Source of the DNA: Lytechinus pictus
Lineage: Eukaryota
Assembly (NCBI RefSeq): GCF_037042905.1
Contig: NC_087250.1
Location: forward strand, 15,688,001-15,752,000
Length of the DNA: 64,000 nucleotides
Direction of reading: 5' to 3'
This document shows, piece after piece, positions 50,905-64,000 of this stretch (position 1 is the stretch's first letter; each line of letters begins with the position of its first letter). The notes beneath the pieces were generated by a model, which did not search any database, was not told where the DNA came from, and was given only the letters and a program-made list of their open reading frames with translations. A program made the position numbers and the translations under genes.

Positions 50905-51716
50905 CTATATATTAAAAAATATATATAGATAATCCCTTTATAAATGTGTATCATTGTCAAGATTAGAGATTCAATCATTTAGCCATAATCATACATATAT
51001 ATACAAGCATTTCTAACAAATATCTACAAAAAAATAGCAAATACATAAATAATTTCATATGTATTTCATTGTTTTCTTAATTCTTGTGTATTTCTTTTTC
51101 TTTTTTAATTTGTTTTCTAATATTTTTTCAATGAACTTTGTCGGGGACACTTTTGCGATCATAAATAGCATGAAATAAATCCATTTAAACCAACAAAGGT
51201 AAAAATAATAATATACATGTAGTTATGAATTTTTGGTTGAAAACACAATTTGTATTGACTTTGTACATGGATTCATATTTTTAAGCAGTTTTGGGTCTGA
51301 CATGCACTTACAAAATGATACGTAATTTCGGAACCGCGTACTCGAGTGCAGCAAATTTGGTCTCAAAAGATGTGCAAGACTTGAAAGTAAAAAGTCACTA
51401 AGGTTATAACCCGGAGACTTAACAACTCGTCCACAACAATTTTTTCTTCTTGGGTGTTTTGCATCCATAAATACAATATGAGTCAAAGTTCAGTGTGTTT
51501 TTCTTTTAATAAGATATTTTTAATGTAATCCTATTCAATAATCATAGGCTTTAATTTTTTTTAAGATAGAGGTCTAACAAAGAGTATGATTTGGCAAAAT
51601 ACACATTTACGTAGAATTAAATAAACAAAGCTCATTTGTGCTAGTCTTGAGTGAGGACCCAATTCTTAATCAAGCTTTCAATCAGGCAGGGTCTGTGTGC
51701 GAAGGCTACTACTTAC

Positions 51717-51851
51717 TATCTGGCGGCGTATGTCAAGAGTATCGTGCCATAGGTATTGGTCAAAACTCCGCAATACTCGGAATCTTGTCACCCATTGTTC
51801 ACGAAACTCAGTCTTGCCTTGCGTCATCAGGCCGATCACCAAGAAGTTTGC
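51717..51851 (-). CDS. Exon 6: discoidin domain 2
   Basis: ANFLVIGLMTQGKTEFREQWVTRFRVLRSFDQYLWHDTLDIRRQI (TQG and WVT motifs); phase 0-0, donor gtaagt. Confidence 0.88.
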
Positions 51852-51924
51852 CTTTAATGGTACAAATAATAAATATTGTAAAGATATAGTGCGCAATTAC
51901 TGTAGGCATATACTCAACTGCGCA

Positions 51925-52150
51925 TTACAATAATGTTATCATTATTACCCAAGCTTTAGCTGTGCTGCCTGCAGGCGCTCAGACATTCGAGGAATTTCTT
52001 ACTACCGGGTACCCATTCACCTCACCTGGGTTGAGTGCAGCATAATGTGGGTAAATTTCTTGCTGAAGGAAAACACGCCACGGCTGGGAATCGAACCCAC
52101 GTCCCTCAGATTGAAAGAAAAGTGTCATAACCACTAGACCGTGATGCCCC
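51925..52150 (-). mobile_element. tRNA-SINE, reverse
   Basis: ACCGGGTACCCATTCACCTCACCTGGG core; GGGAATCGAACCCACG box B. Confidence 0.78.
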
Positions 52151-52169
52151 AAAATGCACTTTGTTAGCA

Positions 52170-52480
52170 GCAGATGATTTCGGAATCGGGATCAATTGAG
52201 CTTCTTTCCGTTGTTGTGGTACTATTCCCGTTTGGAATGATAGGTTGACCAAAGCAGTTAAAGGTACACACAATTTCATATGCATATTCTTTCAAAATCC
52301 TGAGAGCTAGGTCATGAGCTAATCCAGGTTTACCAGTCCGCAATTTCCTTAGCTTCAAGTACACATCATAAATATGAACATGGGGACATGAGCATGGACA
52401 TGGTAAGAAAGCACGTAAGGACACTTTGTCAAAAGGGGAAGGTCGGCTGCGATTGACACAAAATGCTTTTTAATCGCACC
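52170..52480 (-). mobile_element. LINE (CR1/L2-group) reverse-transcriptase-region fragment
   Basis: VYLKLRKL...RILKEYAYE then, after a frameshift, PLTALVNLSFQTGIVPQQRKEAQLIPIPK. Confidence 0.72.
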
Positions 52481-52674
52481 TGCTACCAAATTCAGTGTTA
52501 AGATTCAGTGGTAACATTTCTCAAATTCAAAATCCCTCAAATACATCACAATTTACAATCAAAAAGTAAATAGTGATTCACTAGCCCAATTTTGATACCT
52601 GTCTCCGAGTCACATTTGGTTATGCCCAGATTTCGCAAATTCAAAATCTACTGGCTATATTGAATGCCTTCTGG

Positions 52675-53792
52675 CTACACAGTACATTGTACATACACAC
52701 AGAACATAGTACATTCACACAGAAAACTTTACATACACACAATACACTGTACATACACACAGTACAATTTACATTCACATGGTATATTGTACATACACAC
52801 AGTACACTGATAGTACTGTACATTGTACATACACATTGTACATTATACATAGGCACAGTACATAGTAAATACACACAGTACACTGTACATACACACAGTA
52901 CACTGTACATACACAGTACATTGTACATACTGTACACACTGTACATAGTACAGTGTACATACACTCTGTACATCGTACATACACACTGTACATTGTACAT
53001 ACACAGTACATTGAACATACTGTACACACTGTACATAGTACACACACACCGGACATAGTACATACACACAGTACACTGTACATACACACAGTACACTGTA
53101 CATACACAGTACATTGTACATACTGTACACACTGTACATAGTACAGTGTACATACACTCTGTACACTGTACATACACACAGGAAACTGTACATACACACA
53201 GTACATTGAACATACTGTACACACTGTACATAGTACATACACACCGGACATAGTACATACACACACTACACTGTACATACACACAGTACACTGTACATAC
53301 ACAGTACATTGTACATACTGTACACACTGTACATAGTACAGTGTACATACACTCTGTACATCGTACATACACACTGTACATTGTACATACACACAGTACA
53401 CTGTATATACACAGTACATTGTACATACTGTACACACTGTACATAGTATATACACACTGTACATAGTACATACACACAGTAAACTGTACACACACAGTAC
53501 ATTGTACATATACACACAGTACACTGTACATAATTATACACTGTACATACACAGTACATTGTACATACACAGTACATTGTACATACTTTACACACTGTAC
53601 ATAGTACATACACACAGTACATCGTACATACACACAGTAAACTGTACATACACACACAACACTGTACATACACAGTACATTGTACATACTCTACACACTG
53701 TCCATAGTACATACACACAGTGCATTGTACATAGACACAGTACACTGTACATACACACAGTACATTTTACATACACACTGTACATAGTACAT
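52675..53792. repeat. Complex TGTACA/ACAC low-complexity repeat
   Basis: Reiterated CACTGTACATACACACAGTA; source of the spurious C/V/Y/T ORFs. Confidence 0.95.
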
Positions 53793-53857
53793 AAGTCTTG
53801 CTGAGTTCATCCCGAGTTCAGGTATTAGTACAGATTCACACTATCATAGTGGTCAAT

Positions 53858-54090
53858 GGGTGATTTTAAGTCCGGTGTTGGCGTTGGTGTTGGTGTGGGA
53901 ATTCGGATTGTTTCCCCTAGCTCCAAAACCTATTATGAGTTTGTACAACTGATCCAGATCATATTATTGACATTTCAACAACTAGTGAGTGACTTTTCAG
54001 GACCATCTTCATTTTGTTTGGTGTAATACTCGTGTTAAAATTGACCTAACACCAACACCAAAAGGCCAACACTGAACTTGAAACCAACCC
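53858..54090. mobile_element. MITE; internal part also present at about 6680-6830
   Basis: GGGTGATTTTAAGTCCGGTGTTGGC...GCCAACACTGAACTTGAAACCAACCC. Confidence 0.65.
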
Positions 54091-54168
54091 TCATGATTAA
54101 TTTTCAAACTTTGGTTTACATTCCCAATGTTTTGAAATACATATCATTTCTGTACATACACCCCTGTA

Positions 54169-54816
54169 CAGTGGTGCTCAAAAGTTAGTGAACCCAGACC
54201 AAATATGAACATATTCAAAGTGTTCAAATACGGCCATGCTTTAATGCCACCGCACACCTTATGACTGTTCGTGATCTGATTTTGGAACCAATCGCATTTT
54301 GCTCATTTTCTGAAAATGTGAATGGAACATATCATTTTATTTGAGGTTAAAAGTAATGGAAAGAACACTAATATAACCATTTTGAAAGATTGCAAGCCTT
54401 TATTTTTTTAGCAAAAGCCAAATTAGTTTCAAATTGTAACCAATCGTAAGATTACTATGACGTCATTACGACTAGATATTAAAATCGCTTTTATTCTAAG
54501 AAGAATGATAGCATGATTGAATATACATGTAGGTATTCGTACGATGATTTAGAACATTACACAGTGAGATATTCCCAGTCTCAATATTAGCATCAAATTC
54601 TACTACATTTTGTTCTGAAATCGGGTTGCAGACCAATCGTAAGGTGTGCGGTCGCCTTTAGATATTCATTTATTGAAGTCAGATGATAAAATATTACATT
54701 AAAAAAGTTTGTTATTTCTCGGCTCGCAGAACATTGTAATATTGTTGCCTAAATTCAACACTCGGCATGAAGGAGTGCAATTTATGGTTTGGTTCACTAA
54801 TCTTTGAGCACAACTG
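54169..54816. mobile_element. Tc1/mariner-like MITE with nested Harbinger-like MITE
   Basis: TA|CAGTGGTGCTCAAAAGTTAGTGAACC...GGTTCACTAATCTTTGAGCACAACTG|CA. Confidence 0.8.
54244..54657. mobile_element. PIF/Harbinger-like MITE
   Basis: TTA|ATGCCACCGCACACCTTATGA...TCGTAAGGTGTGCGGTCGCCT|TTA. Confidence 0.75.
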
Positions 54817-55094
54817 CATGATACTCTGAAACTCTGAATTACTGTTTTTATACTATAAGCCCTATATTTAGCCTATTTCCGATATACAAAATGCAATTCT
54901 TTTAAAATCAAGGCACCGTATTACACAAATTTGAGCAATTAATCGGTAAATGAAATGGCCAATCAAAATCGTCGTTGCTTGCACATGTTGCTCAGCAGAC
55001 TGACGAAGAAACAATCAGGATTGTTCTTTCAAATTATTCATTAATCACGAACCTTTCTGTTACAGGACCTAGAACAAGGTGAACTTATAAATAC

Positions 55095-55162
55095 CTTTAA
55101 GTCTGCTTGTATCCAGGGGTTTTTTCGGTCTCCAGACGCCCATCCTCCGCCATAAGGTGGTC
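55095..55162 (-). CDS. Exon 5: discoidin domain 2
   Basis: GPPYGGGWASGDRKNPWIQADLK; phase 1-0. Confidence 0.85.
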
Positions 55163-55504
55163 CTATATCAATCAAAGTCAGATCAAGGACTTTAAACAGA
55201 CGGAGCAAATACAAATATACAATAATAAACAAAAAACAATTATGTTTGAAAATGAGATTTCACCTAACTTTTTGGAAATGCTGATCACTTGGCAGGCAGT
55301 GCATCCCCCATTGAGATGCGCATAATGCCTGTAAACCTTGAGGATTGTCAACATATATAAGCCAATCACTTGAAAAGAGGACAATCACTGATTAAAACTC
55401 ATTCAAATAATTAATACAGTTATAATGCAGAGAGGTAATCTATGTTCATAATTTTGATAGTGAAGATAGAGATGGTAAGGACTATTTAAATTTAATTATT
55501 TTAA

Positions 55505-55984
55505 AGGGAAACTAAAATTAGCAGAAAAATGCCGGTAATAAAAAAACATTGCCAAAGGCTTGATAGAAATATCAAAGAATTAAAAAGTTATTAGAATTTT
55601 AATTATTTGATTTGTGACGTCATATGCGAGCAGCATTCCTACAAAGCAAATAGTAAAAAATCAATGAAATGTCATTTTCTCAGAAAATTGAAAATGTTTT
55701 TTTAACTGTTCTTTTCATATATCAAAAGACAAATCATTTCACACCCGATCATGAATAGAAAACAAAAATAAGTCATAGGAACCATTAAAAAAAATGAAAT
55801 TCATGCCTTTTACATTACATAACTAATGGGGCAGCAGCTTATTTATGACGTCACAAATCCCAAACTTAAAAATTCTAATAACTTCCTTAATCTCTAATAA
55901 ATTTTCCTCAAACCTTCACGATTATTTTTTCATTTTTTTTCTGCTATTTTTACAACAAACTTTTCTTCGGGGTAAACTCCCCCT
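55505..55984. mobile_element. Kolobok-like MITE
   Basis: TTAA|AGGG...CCCT|TTAA; inverted TTTGTGACGTCATA / TATGACGTCACAAA arms. Confidence 0.7.
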
Positions 55985-57645
55985 TTAAGCAGGGAGTACA
56001 ACTTATGAGTGTGCTAACCAGAATGTCCAGAACTTAAAATTCTAATAACTTTTTTCAATCTTTAACAGATTTTCCTCAAACCTTCACCATTATTTTATTA
56101 TTATTTTTTCTGCTATTTTTACAACAAACTTTTCTTCGGGGGTAAACTTTCCCCCCTAAGCAGGGAGCACAACTTATGAGTGTGCTTACCAGAATGCCAA
56201 GAACTTAATATTCTAATAACTTTTTTCAATCTTTAACAGATTTTCCTCAAACCTTCACCATTATTTTTTCATTATTTTATCTGCTATTTTTACAACAAAC
56301 TTTTCTTCGGGGTAAACTTTCCCCCCTAAGCAGGGAGTACAACTTATGAGTGTGCTAACCAGAATGTCCAGAACTTAAAATTCTAATAACTTTTTTCAAT
56401 CTTTAACAGATTTTCCTCAAACCTTCACCATTATTTTTTCATTATTTTATCTGCTATTTTTACAACAAACTTTTCTTTGGGGTAAACTTTCCCCCCTAAG
56501 CAGGGAGTACAACTTATGAGTGTGCTAACCAGAATGTCCAGAACTTAAAATTTTAATAACTTTTTTCAATCTTTAACAGATTTTCCTCAAACCTTCACCA
56601 TTATTTTTTCATTATTTTATCTGCTATTTTTACAACAAACTTTTCTTTGGGGTAAACTTTTCCCCCTAAGCAGGGAGTACAACTTATGAGTGTGCTAACC
56701 AGAATGTCCAGAACTTAAAATTCTAATAACTTTTTTTCAATCTTTAACAGATTTTCCTCAAACCTTCACCATTATTTTTTCATTATTTTATCTGCTATTT
56801 TTACAACAAACTTTTCTTTGGGGTAAACTTTCCCCCCTAAGCAGGGAGTACAACTTATGAGTGTGCTAACCAGAATGTCCAGAACTTAAAATTCTAATAA
56901 CTTTTTTCAATCTTTAACAGATTTTCCTCAAACCTTCACCATTATTTTTTCATTATTTTTTCTGCTATTTTTACAACAAACTTTTCTTCGGGGGTAAACT
57001 TTCCCCCCTAAGCAGGGAGTACAACTTATGAGTGTGCTTACCAGAATGCCAAGAACTTAATATTCTAATAACTTTTTTCAATCTTTAACAGATTTTCCTC
57101 AAACCTTCACCATTATTTTTTCATTATTTTATCTGCTATTTTTACAACAAACTTTTCTTTGGGGTAAACTTTCCCCCCTAAGCAGGGAGTACAACTTATG
57201 AGTGTGCTAACCAGAATGTCCAGAACTTAAAATTCTAATAACTTTTTTCAATCTTTAACAGATTTTCCTCAAACCTTCACCATTATTTTTTCTGCTATTT
57301 TTACAACAAACTTTTCTTCGGGGGTAAACTTTCCCCCCTAAGCAGGGAGTACAACTTATGAGTGTGCTTACCAGAATGCCAAGAACTTAATATTCTAATA
57401 ACTTTTTTCAATCTTTAACAGATTTTCCTCAAACCTTCACCATTATTTTTTCATTATTTTTTCTGCTATTTTTACAACAAACTTTTCTTCGGGGTAAACT
57501 CCCCCTTTAAGCAGGGAGTACAACTTATGAGTGAGCTTACCAGAATGCCCAGAACTTAAAATTCTAATCAAAAAAAAAATCTTAAGGGTAAACTTCTCCT
57601 TTAAGCAGGGAGTACAACTTATGAGTGAGCTTACCAGGATGTCCG
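55860..57645. repeat. About 170-bp tandem repeat, 10 copies: MITE right arm plus a copy of the exon 4 donor junction
   Basis: CAGGGAG(T/C)ACAACTTATGAG at 55990, 56161, 56331, 56501, 56671, 56842, 57013, 57183, 57343 and 57512, with the original at 57606. Confidence 0.93.
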
Positions 57646-57772
57646 GGGTGTCTACTATGAAGGCGAGCGCTAGGTGCACATTGTTCGTTATCCCAACAAT
57701 TTTTTGCCGTAAGCTGAGAATCCTCTATATCTCCATTCACCATCCCGAGAGGATAAAACGTCAGTGGTTTCT
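57635..57772 (-). CDS. Exon 4: discoidin domain 2, N-part
   Basis: KPLTFYPLGMVNGDIEDSQLTAKNCWDNEQCAPSARLHSRHPGHPG; phase 1-1, donor gtaagc. Confidence 0.88.
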
Positions 57773-57934
57773 CTGGCAAAATATAAAAATAATGTTTTAA
57801 TTTTATCATTTAAATAATTTGATAGGGTGCCCTTTCAGCAAAAGCTGGTATTAGTAGGGGCCCTAAAAGCATATAAACAAAACACGTATACAAATGTTAA
57901 AAAATACTCCATAATTTTTCGCTTGCATCCTTAA

Positions 57935-59031
57935 CCCTAAATAAACTGGGCTATTTCGACGCCTGCAAAGAAGGGAGGGGGGCTGATTCAGCCCTCTTAT
58001 GATCTCAGCCATCAACAGCCCAATCGCGACAAAAATTGGCACATGCGTTACCCATGGCATAATCTACAAAACTGAAAGATCAAATTCTGCAAAAAAATCT
58101 TATTAATTATGCTAATTTATGCATAAAATCAAAAACCTTGTTCTAATTAACTAAATAATGCCCCTAAAATGCTACTTTTTGGTTCACAGACTTTTTCTGG
58201 AATGTCATCAAATTTCTATTAGACATTTTCAACATTACATTTATTTTCTTATATATTATGTTTTTAATTTCTTATGTAAATTCTTTGTTTTTCAACTTTT
58301 ATTTTTTTTTTCAATGGAAATTGTCGGGGACTTTATTTTGAACATAATCAAGATGAGAAAAATAATAATATACTTATGAATAAAGCCCCCCTGATCGTGA
58401 TTGTTGATCGCGCAAATGCAAAAAAAAATGGCACACAAGTCACCCCTGACTTAATCTCTACAATTCAAATGTCAGTTGTACCAAAACTATTCAAATTTTT
58501 ATTTTAAATTAATTATGCTAATGCAAAAAAATTGTAATTTGGCTTTAAATTTTTTAATATAGCCCCATACTGCTATAGTTTGGTCTGGATATTCTTAAGA
58601 TTATTATCAAATGATTTTTTTTTTTTAAATGTCAAGATTAAATTTTTGTCTGAAATATTTTGCTTTTTTGAAATTTTGTATGTATTATGCAGTCATTTTC
58701 TACTTTGTTTTTCGTTCTTTTTTTTTCGATGGAAATTGTCGGCAGTACTATTTCAGAATAATGATACAAATTTTGGCTACATACACAATTTGCATTGGAT
58801 TTGTACATGAAATCACTTTTTTGAGCATTTTTGGGTCTGATATGCACTTACAAAATGTTACGTAACTTTGGAACCGCGTACCCTCACGTCGCGAATTTAA
58901 ATTTAAAAGTTACTTGAGACTTGAAAGAAAAAAGTAATGAAACATTGTCGCGTGATCTTTTCGCCTTACGGATTTATCATGAAAAATAATTAGGGGGGGG
59001 TGTTTTTGTCCCCCCCCCCGGCTGGATAGGG
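57935..59031. mobile_element. piggyBac-like non-autonomous element (related to 32783-33518, opposite orientation)
   Basis: TTAA|CCCTAAATAAACTGGG...GCTGGATAGGG|TTAA. Confidence 0.78.
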
Positions 59032-59646
59032 TTAACTGTGACTTAAAATCAAACTTGAATTTCAGTTGCGTGCAGTATAAGATGGTCAGATCATGCCAAC
59101 AAGACACACACTAGCGCGCATCCATCAATCATATTACAAGTAAAATATCAAGTGCGCGTTGGTATTCAAGCACAAGTCTAATGGGCGTTGCAAGAAACTT
59201 GCGATCAATTGAAAGTGTATTTTTGATCTAAATCAATCACATTTCTTGTAATTAGTTGTAAATTTGTGACTGATTACAGAACTGCTTCTTGCAACAAGAA
59301 GTGTAATCTGGGGAGCGTTTCATCAGCAATTTCGTCTGACAAGTTGCTAGATCTTACGTGTTTCCTTGAATCTGATTGGCCAAGAAGCACTGTTACTATG
59401 GTAACTGTCGGATAAAATAGGACTTCTCAAATAAAACAAGTCCTTGATGAAAAGCTCCCCTGATTTGCTACAGATAAAAAGGATCCATTGATTGTTAAAA
59501 TCCCAACAGAAAATTTGCAATTGATTGCAAATATTCTCTTCAGCACCCCCCTCCTCGTCACACAAACTCTGTGACAACCTCCCCCCCCCCCCCCCCCCGT
59601 CTATGAGAATTTTTAGTTGTATATATACCAGCATCAAGAACCTCAC

Positions 59647-59797
59647 TCAGAGGTATCTTAGTCAGGCCAAGCAGCTCGAACCGGAAACTAATATCCCCAT
59701 GCCACGTTTGTGGATAGATCCTGACATATCTGGTTTGGACCGGTTGTATGAAGTAGTTGGTGACGATCAAGTCTCTGTCTCGATTGCCATGGAAAAT
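59647..59797 (-). CDS. Exon 3: discoidin domain 1, C-part
   Basis: IFHGNRDRDLIVTNYFIQPVQTRYVRIYPQTWHGDISFRFELLG; phase 0-1, donor gtgagg. Confidence 0.88.
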
Positions 59798-60471
59798 CTG
59801 TGAGAGTGAATTACAAAGTTAAATTTGATAGGATGAAGATTAAGCGGTGATGCCGCTGTGTTTAATTTACTTGGGCAGATAGATGTAAAACTATTATTAA
59901 TAAAAAATACAAAAAGGAAAAGAATAAAACATAAACATAAATTAGGGGTAACTACGAACAATTGATAGGGACTATAGCGCAGTACCCTTAGTTTTATGCA
60001 GGGCCCTTTGTCTGTGGATACATGTACATCTATCTGCGTGATTGTAGAGACGGAAAAGACACAGAATGACCAAAAGCTTTACACCTACATGTACATGACA
60101 TAGATAAATATCCACGGAAAATCTGTGTCAACATGATATTACATCACAGGCATCGCATGTAGCAACCTCAACTAGTAGCCCTTCTCATCTAAATCCCTGA
60201 ATCATGTGGAAGGTGAAAGGGTGCACAGACATGGAGCATCATCATTTTTACATCATTTTTTATCTAAACAAAAGAGCTGATGAAGATATTTCTGACAGAA
60301 ACTCATATATATTGCATAATTTTTCATGATATTTTTTTGCAAACTTGCTCTTTGATATACTGTATATGGAATATTACGTGAAAATATTGTGGAAATTCAA
60401 TAAATTCATGTTTAATGACAAAACTTCACTTTTTTGAAGACATGAGCCCCTCCCCTAGCCCCCTTTCATAC

Positions 60472-60662
60472 CTCTGACCCCTTGATGTTGACACCGTCCT
60501 TCCATACAGAGCCATTAATGCTCAATCTGACTCTGTATGTTGTAACCCAGTTATCATCATCAGCATTCCCTTGTAATTGTACACCTATGATGTCACGCAG
60601 GACACCAATATCTGCTTGAATCCAAGGATTGCTGTCGTCAGGAGACGGTTCTGGCATCCAAC
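60472..60662 (-). CDS. Exon 2: discoidin domain 1, middle
   Basis: GWMPEPSPDDSNPWIQADIGVLRDIIGVQLQGNADDDNWVTTYRVRLSINGSVWKD...; phase 1-0, donor gtatga. Confidence 0.9.
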
Positions 60663-60679
60663 CTGCATTGGAGAAAACA

Positions 60680-62015
60680 TCATCACTATCACCACCAAAC
60701 CATCGACTTAACCATCATCATATACCACCATCGTCATCACTATCACCACCATACCACCGCCTTCACCATCATATACCACCATCATCATTACTATCACCAC
60801 CATACTATCGCCTTCACCACCATATACCACCATCATCATCACTATCACCACCATACCATCGCCTTCACCACCATATACCACCATCATCATCACTATCACC
60901 ACCATACCATCGCCTTAACCACCATATACCACCACCGTCATCACTATCCCCACCATACCATCGCCTTAACCACCATATACCACCACCGTCATCACTATCC
61001 CCACCATTCCGTCGCCTTCACCACCATATACCACCACCATCATCCCTACCACCACCATACCATCGACTTAACCACCATATACCACCACCATCATCCCTAC
61101 CACCACCATACCATCGACTTAACCACCATCATATACCGCCATCGTCATCATCACTATCACCACCATACCATCGCCTTCACCACCATATACCGCCATCGTC
61201 ATCATCCCTATGACCACCATACCATCGCCTTAACCACCATATATCACCATCGTCATCATCACTATCACCACCATACCATCGCCTTAACCACCATATACTG
61301 CCATCATCATCATCACTATCACCACCATACCATCGCCTTCACCACCATATATTACCATCGTCATCACTATCACCACCATACCGTCGCCTTCACCACCATA
61401 TACCACCACCATCATCATCCCTATCACCACCATACCATCGACTTAACCACCATCATATACCGCCATCATCATCATCACTATCACCACCATACCATCGCCT
61501 TCACCACCATATACCGCCATCGTCATCATCACTATCACCACCATACCTTCGTCTTAACCACCATATATCACCATCGTCATCATCACTATCACCACCATAC
61601 CATTGCCTTAACCACCATATATTACCATCGTCATCACTATCACCACCATACCATCGCCTTCACCACCATATATTACCATCGTCATCACTATCACCACCAT
61701 ACCGTCGCCTTCACCACCATATACCACCACCACCATCATCATCCCTATCACCACCATACCATCGACTTAACCAATATATATCACCATCGTCATCATCACT
61801 ATCACCACCATACCATTGCCTTAACCACCATATATTACCATCGTCATCATCACTATCACCACCATATACCACCCTATCATCATCACGATCACATTCATCA
61901 CCATACCATTTTTTTCGATCACCACCATATACCACCATCATCACCACCACTAACATAATCACCACCATTGTCATCACAGTTATCACAACCACCATCATCA
62001 TAATCATCACCACCA
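60680..62015. repeat. CCA/CAT-rich minisatellite (about 42-48-bp unit)
   Basis: CATCACTATCACCACCATACCATCGCCTT(C/A)ACCACCATATACCAC reiterated. Confidence 0.95.
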
Positions 62016-62257
62016 TTGGCATAAGGAAGCAAGTGACACATCAGTCAAATTTGAGTTATTGTTTCTGAAACACCATTAGTATGTTGTACGTTGAGGCAAA
62101 ATTTGGGGAAGAAATAATCATTCTAAGGAAAAGATATTGCACAAAATATTCTGTTATATTGCATTGACGCCTATGTAAATGACGAACACACATTGCTCAT
62201 TTACAACAAATGATAGTTTTGTAACTTGCTTCCTTTAGCCAAAGTACGGCAGCATAT

Positions 62258-62770
<513 letters not shown>

Positions 62771-62777
62771 TTCTTAC

Positions 62778-62882
62778 CTGATGGCCCATTCAATCTGGCA
62801 AAGGACACCAACAATCTTTCGGAACTTGCATCAAGGCTTTCATTCAGAATAGCAGAATCTTCCATACCCAAGGGTTCAATAT
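62778..62882 (-). CDS. Exon 1 (in window): discoidin domain 1, N-part
   Basis: cag|AT...TCAG|gtaaga; DIEPLGMEDSAILNESLDASSERLLVSFARLNGPSG (PLGME and ARLN motifs of F5/8C); phase 1-1. Confidence 0.88.
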
Positions 62883-63064
62883 CTGTAAGAGAAAACACAC
62901 AAAAACCAGGAAAATATACAATGCAAATATGTATAGGTCTTAAAAATCTGTTCATCATATTACCATTTTAAAGATAACCCTTCCTGCACAAGGAGGGGGT
63001 GGGGGAGGGGGGCTCCAGACAAATTTCACAATCGCCAAATCACTGCACTATGGTATAACTGAGA

Positions 63065-63380
63065 TACCCCAGGTTCCTAATTCTGTAGTATTACTTGAGA
63101 GTGAATCTTGTAGTATTACCTGATGGTGAATGTAGTATATTACTTACCTAACCCAGTTTCATAATTCTGTAGCATTACATGATAGCGTATGTATTATTAC
63201 CTTTCTAAATGTGATAACTCGGATCCATTATTCTGCAGTATTACAATATAGTGGATGTAGTATTACTTACCTACCTGCGATATCCCAGGTTCATAATTCT
63301 GTAGTATTACCTGATAGTGGATGTAGTATTACTTTAATACCTCCCTGTAATATCCCAGGTTCATAATTCTGTAGTATTAC
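63065..63380. repeat. Degenerate tandem repeat (TAATTCTGTAGTATTAC motif)
   Basis: Motif recurs about 5 times at irregular 60-80-bp spacing. Confidence 0.7.
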
Positions 63381-63399
63381 TCTTTTTTTTCTCTCTCTT

Positions 63400-64000
63400 T
63401 CACCCATAACAGGGGCATTTATTTTCAACAAAAATTCATTTCATATTCACATCGTTTTTCAACAAAACTCATAGATACATTTACAAAGCAACAGGCAAAT
63501 TATACATTTCTTTCTTTCTCCTTTTCCTCAGAATCTTATTGATATCTAATCTTAATTTCAATTCTCTGACAAAAGTAAACCATAATTTATTTTCTCTTTC
63601 TTCTTTTCTACGTAAGTTTCTAAAAATTAACATCTTATAATTACTCCAAAGTGCTATTGTTATAATATCATCAATCTTCTTTTCTTTGTAATTTTTCAAC
63701 AAAATATCGACATGAAAACAAAGGTCTACGTCATACACATTTTTAATCATTATGAATAAATTATAAAAGAAATGCCTATTCAAACTACAATACAAAAAAG
63801 CATGTATTAAATCTTCTTTGATATTACAAACTTCACATTTATCATCATTGTCCAATTGCCATAAAAACAACATCCTCTTCGTAGGAATTAAGTTATACAA
63901 CAATTTCAAATTGAATTGTTTTAATTTGTTTTCCCCATATTTTTCAAATTTCTCTGAAAGACATTCTTCCAATTTATAGGATTATCGGCAAAGTCAGCCC
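63400..64000 (-). mobile_element. L1/Tx1-clade LINE ORF2 C-terminus (zinc-knuckle region)
   Basis: KLKQFNLKLLYNLIPT...LFLWQL...KCEVC...EDLIHAFLYC has the CxxC-x8-H-x4-C motif of zf-RVT. Confidence 0.8.

Noticed and set aside
52641..53804. Long C/V/Y/T/M-rich ORFs (up to 348 aa) in several frames
   Set aside because: These are translations of a TGTACA/ACAC low-complexity repeat. They are open in many frames on both strands and show no domain or splice logic.

Overview
AT-rich eukaryotic (metazoan) genomic DNA. The repeat content and protein style suggest an invertebrate deuterostome such as a sea urchin, but that is inference only. The whole window lies inside one large minus-strand, intron-rich gene whose start and end are both outside it. 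I traced 29 GT-AG exons by hand (62882 to 1346, 4467 nt, about 1488 codons) and every junction is phase-compatible. They encode an extracellular mosaic protein: discoidin(F5/8C) x2, kringle x3, linker, EGF, two partial or atypical cadherin-like units, discoidin, CxxC cysteine-rich region, EGF x4, then thrombospondin type 3 repeats. This makes it a thrombospondin-superfamily (TSP-DD/mega-TSP-like) protein with a kringle-containing N-terminal arm. The introns contain tRNA-derived SINEs, LINE fragments, many non-autonomous DNA transposons (Kolobok-, piggyBac-, Harbinger-, Tc1- and hAT-like, two with 6-bp TSDs), a Penelope-type inverted repeat with hammerhead-ribozyme motifs, and several tandem arrays whose units are copies of the adjacent exon-intron junction.
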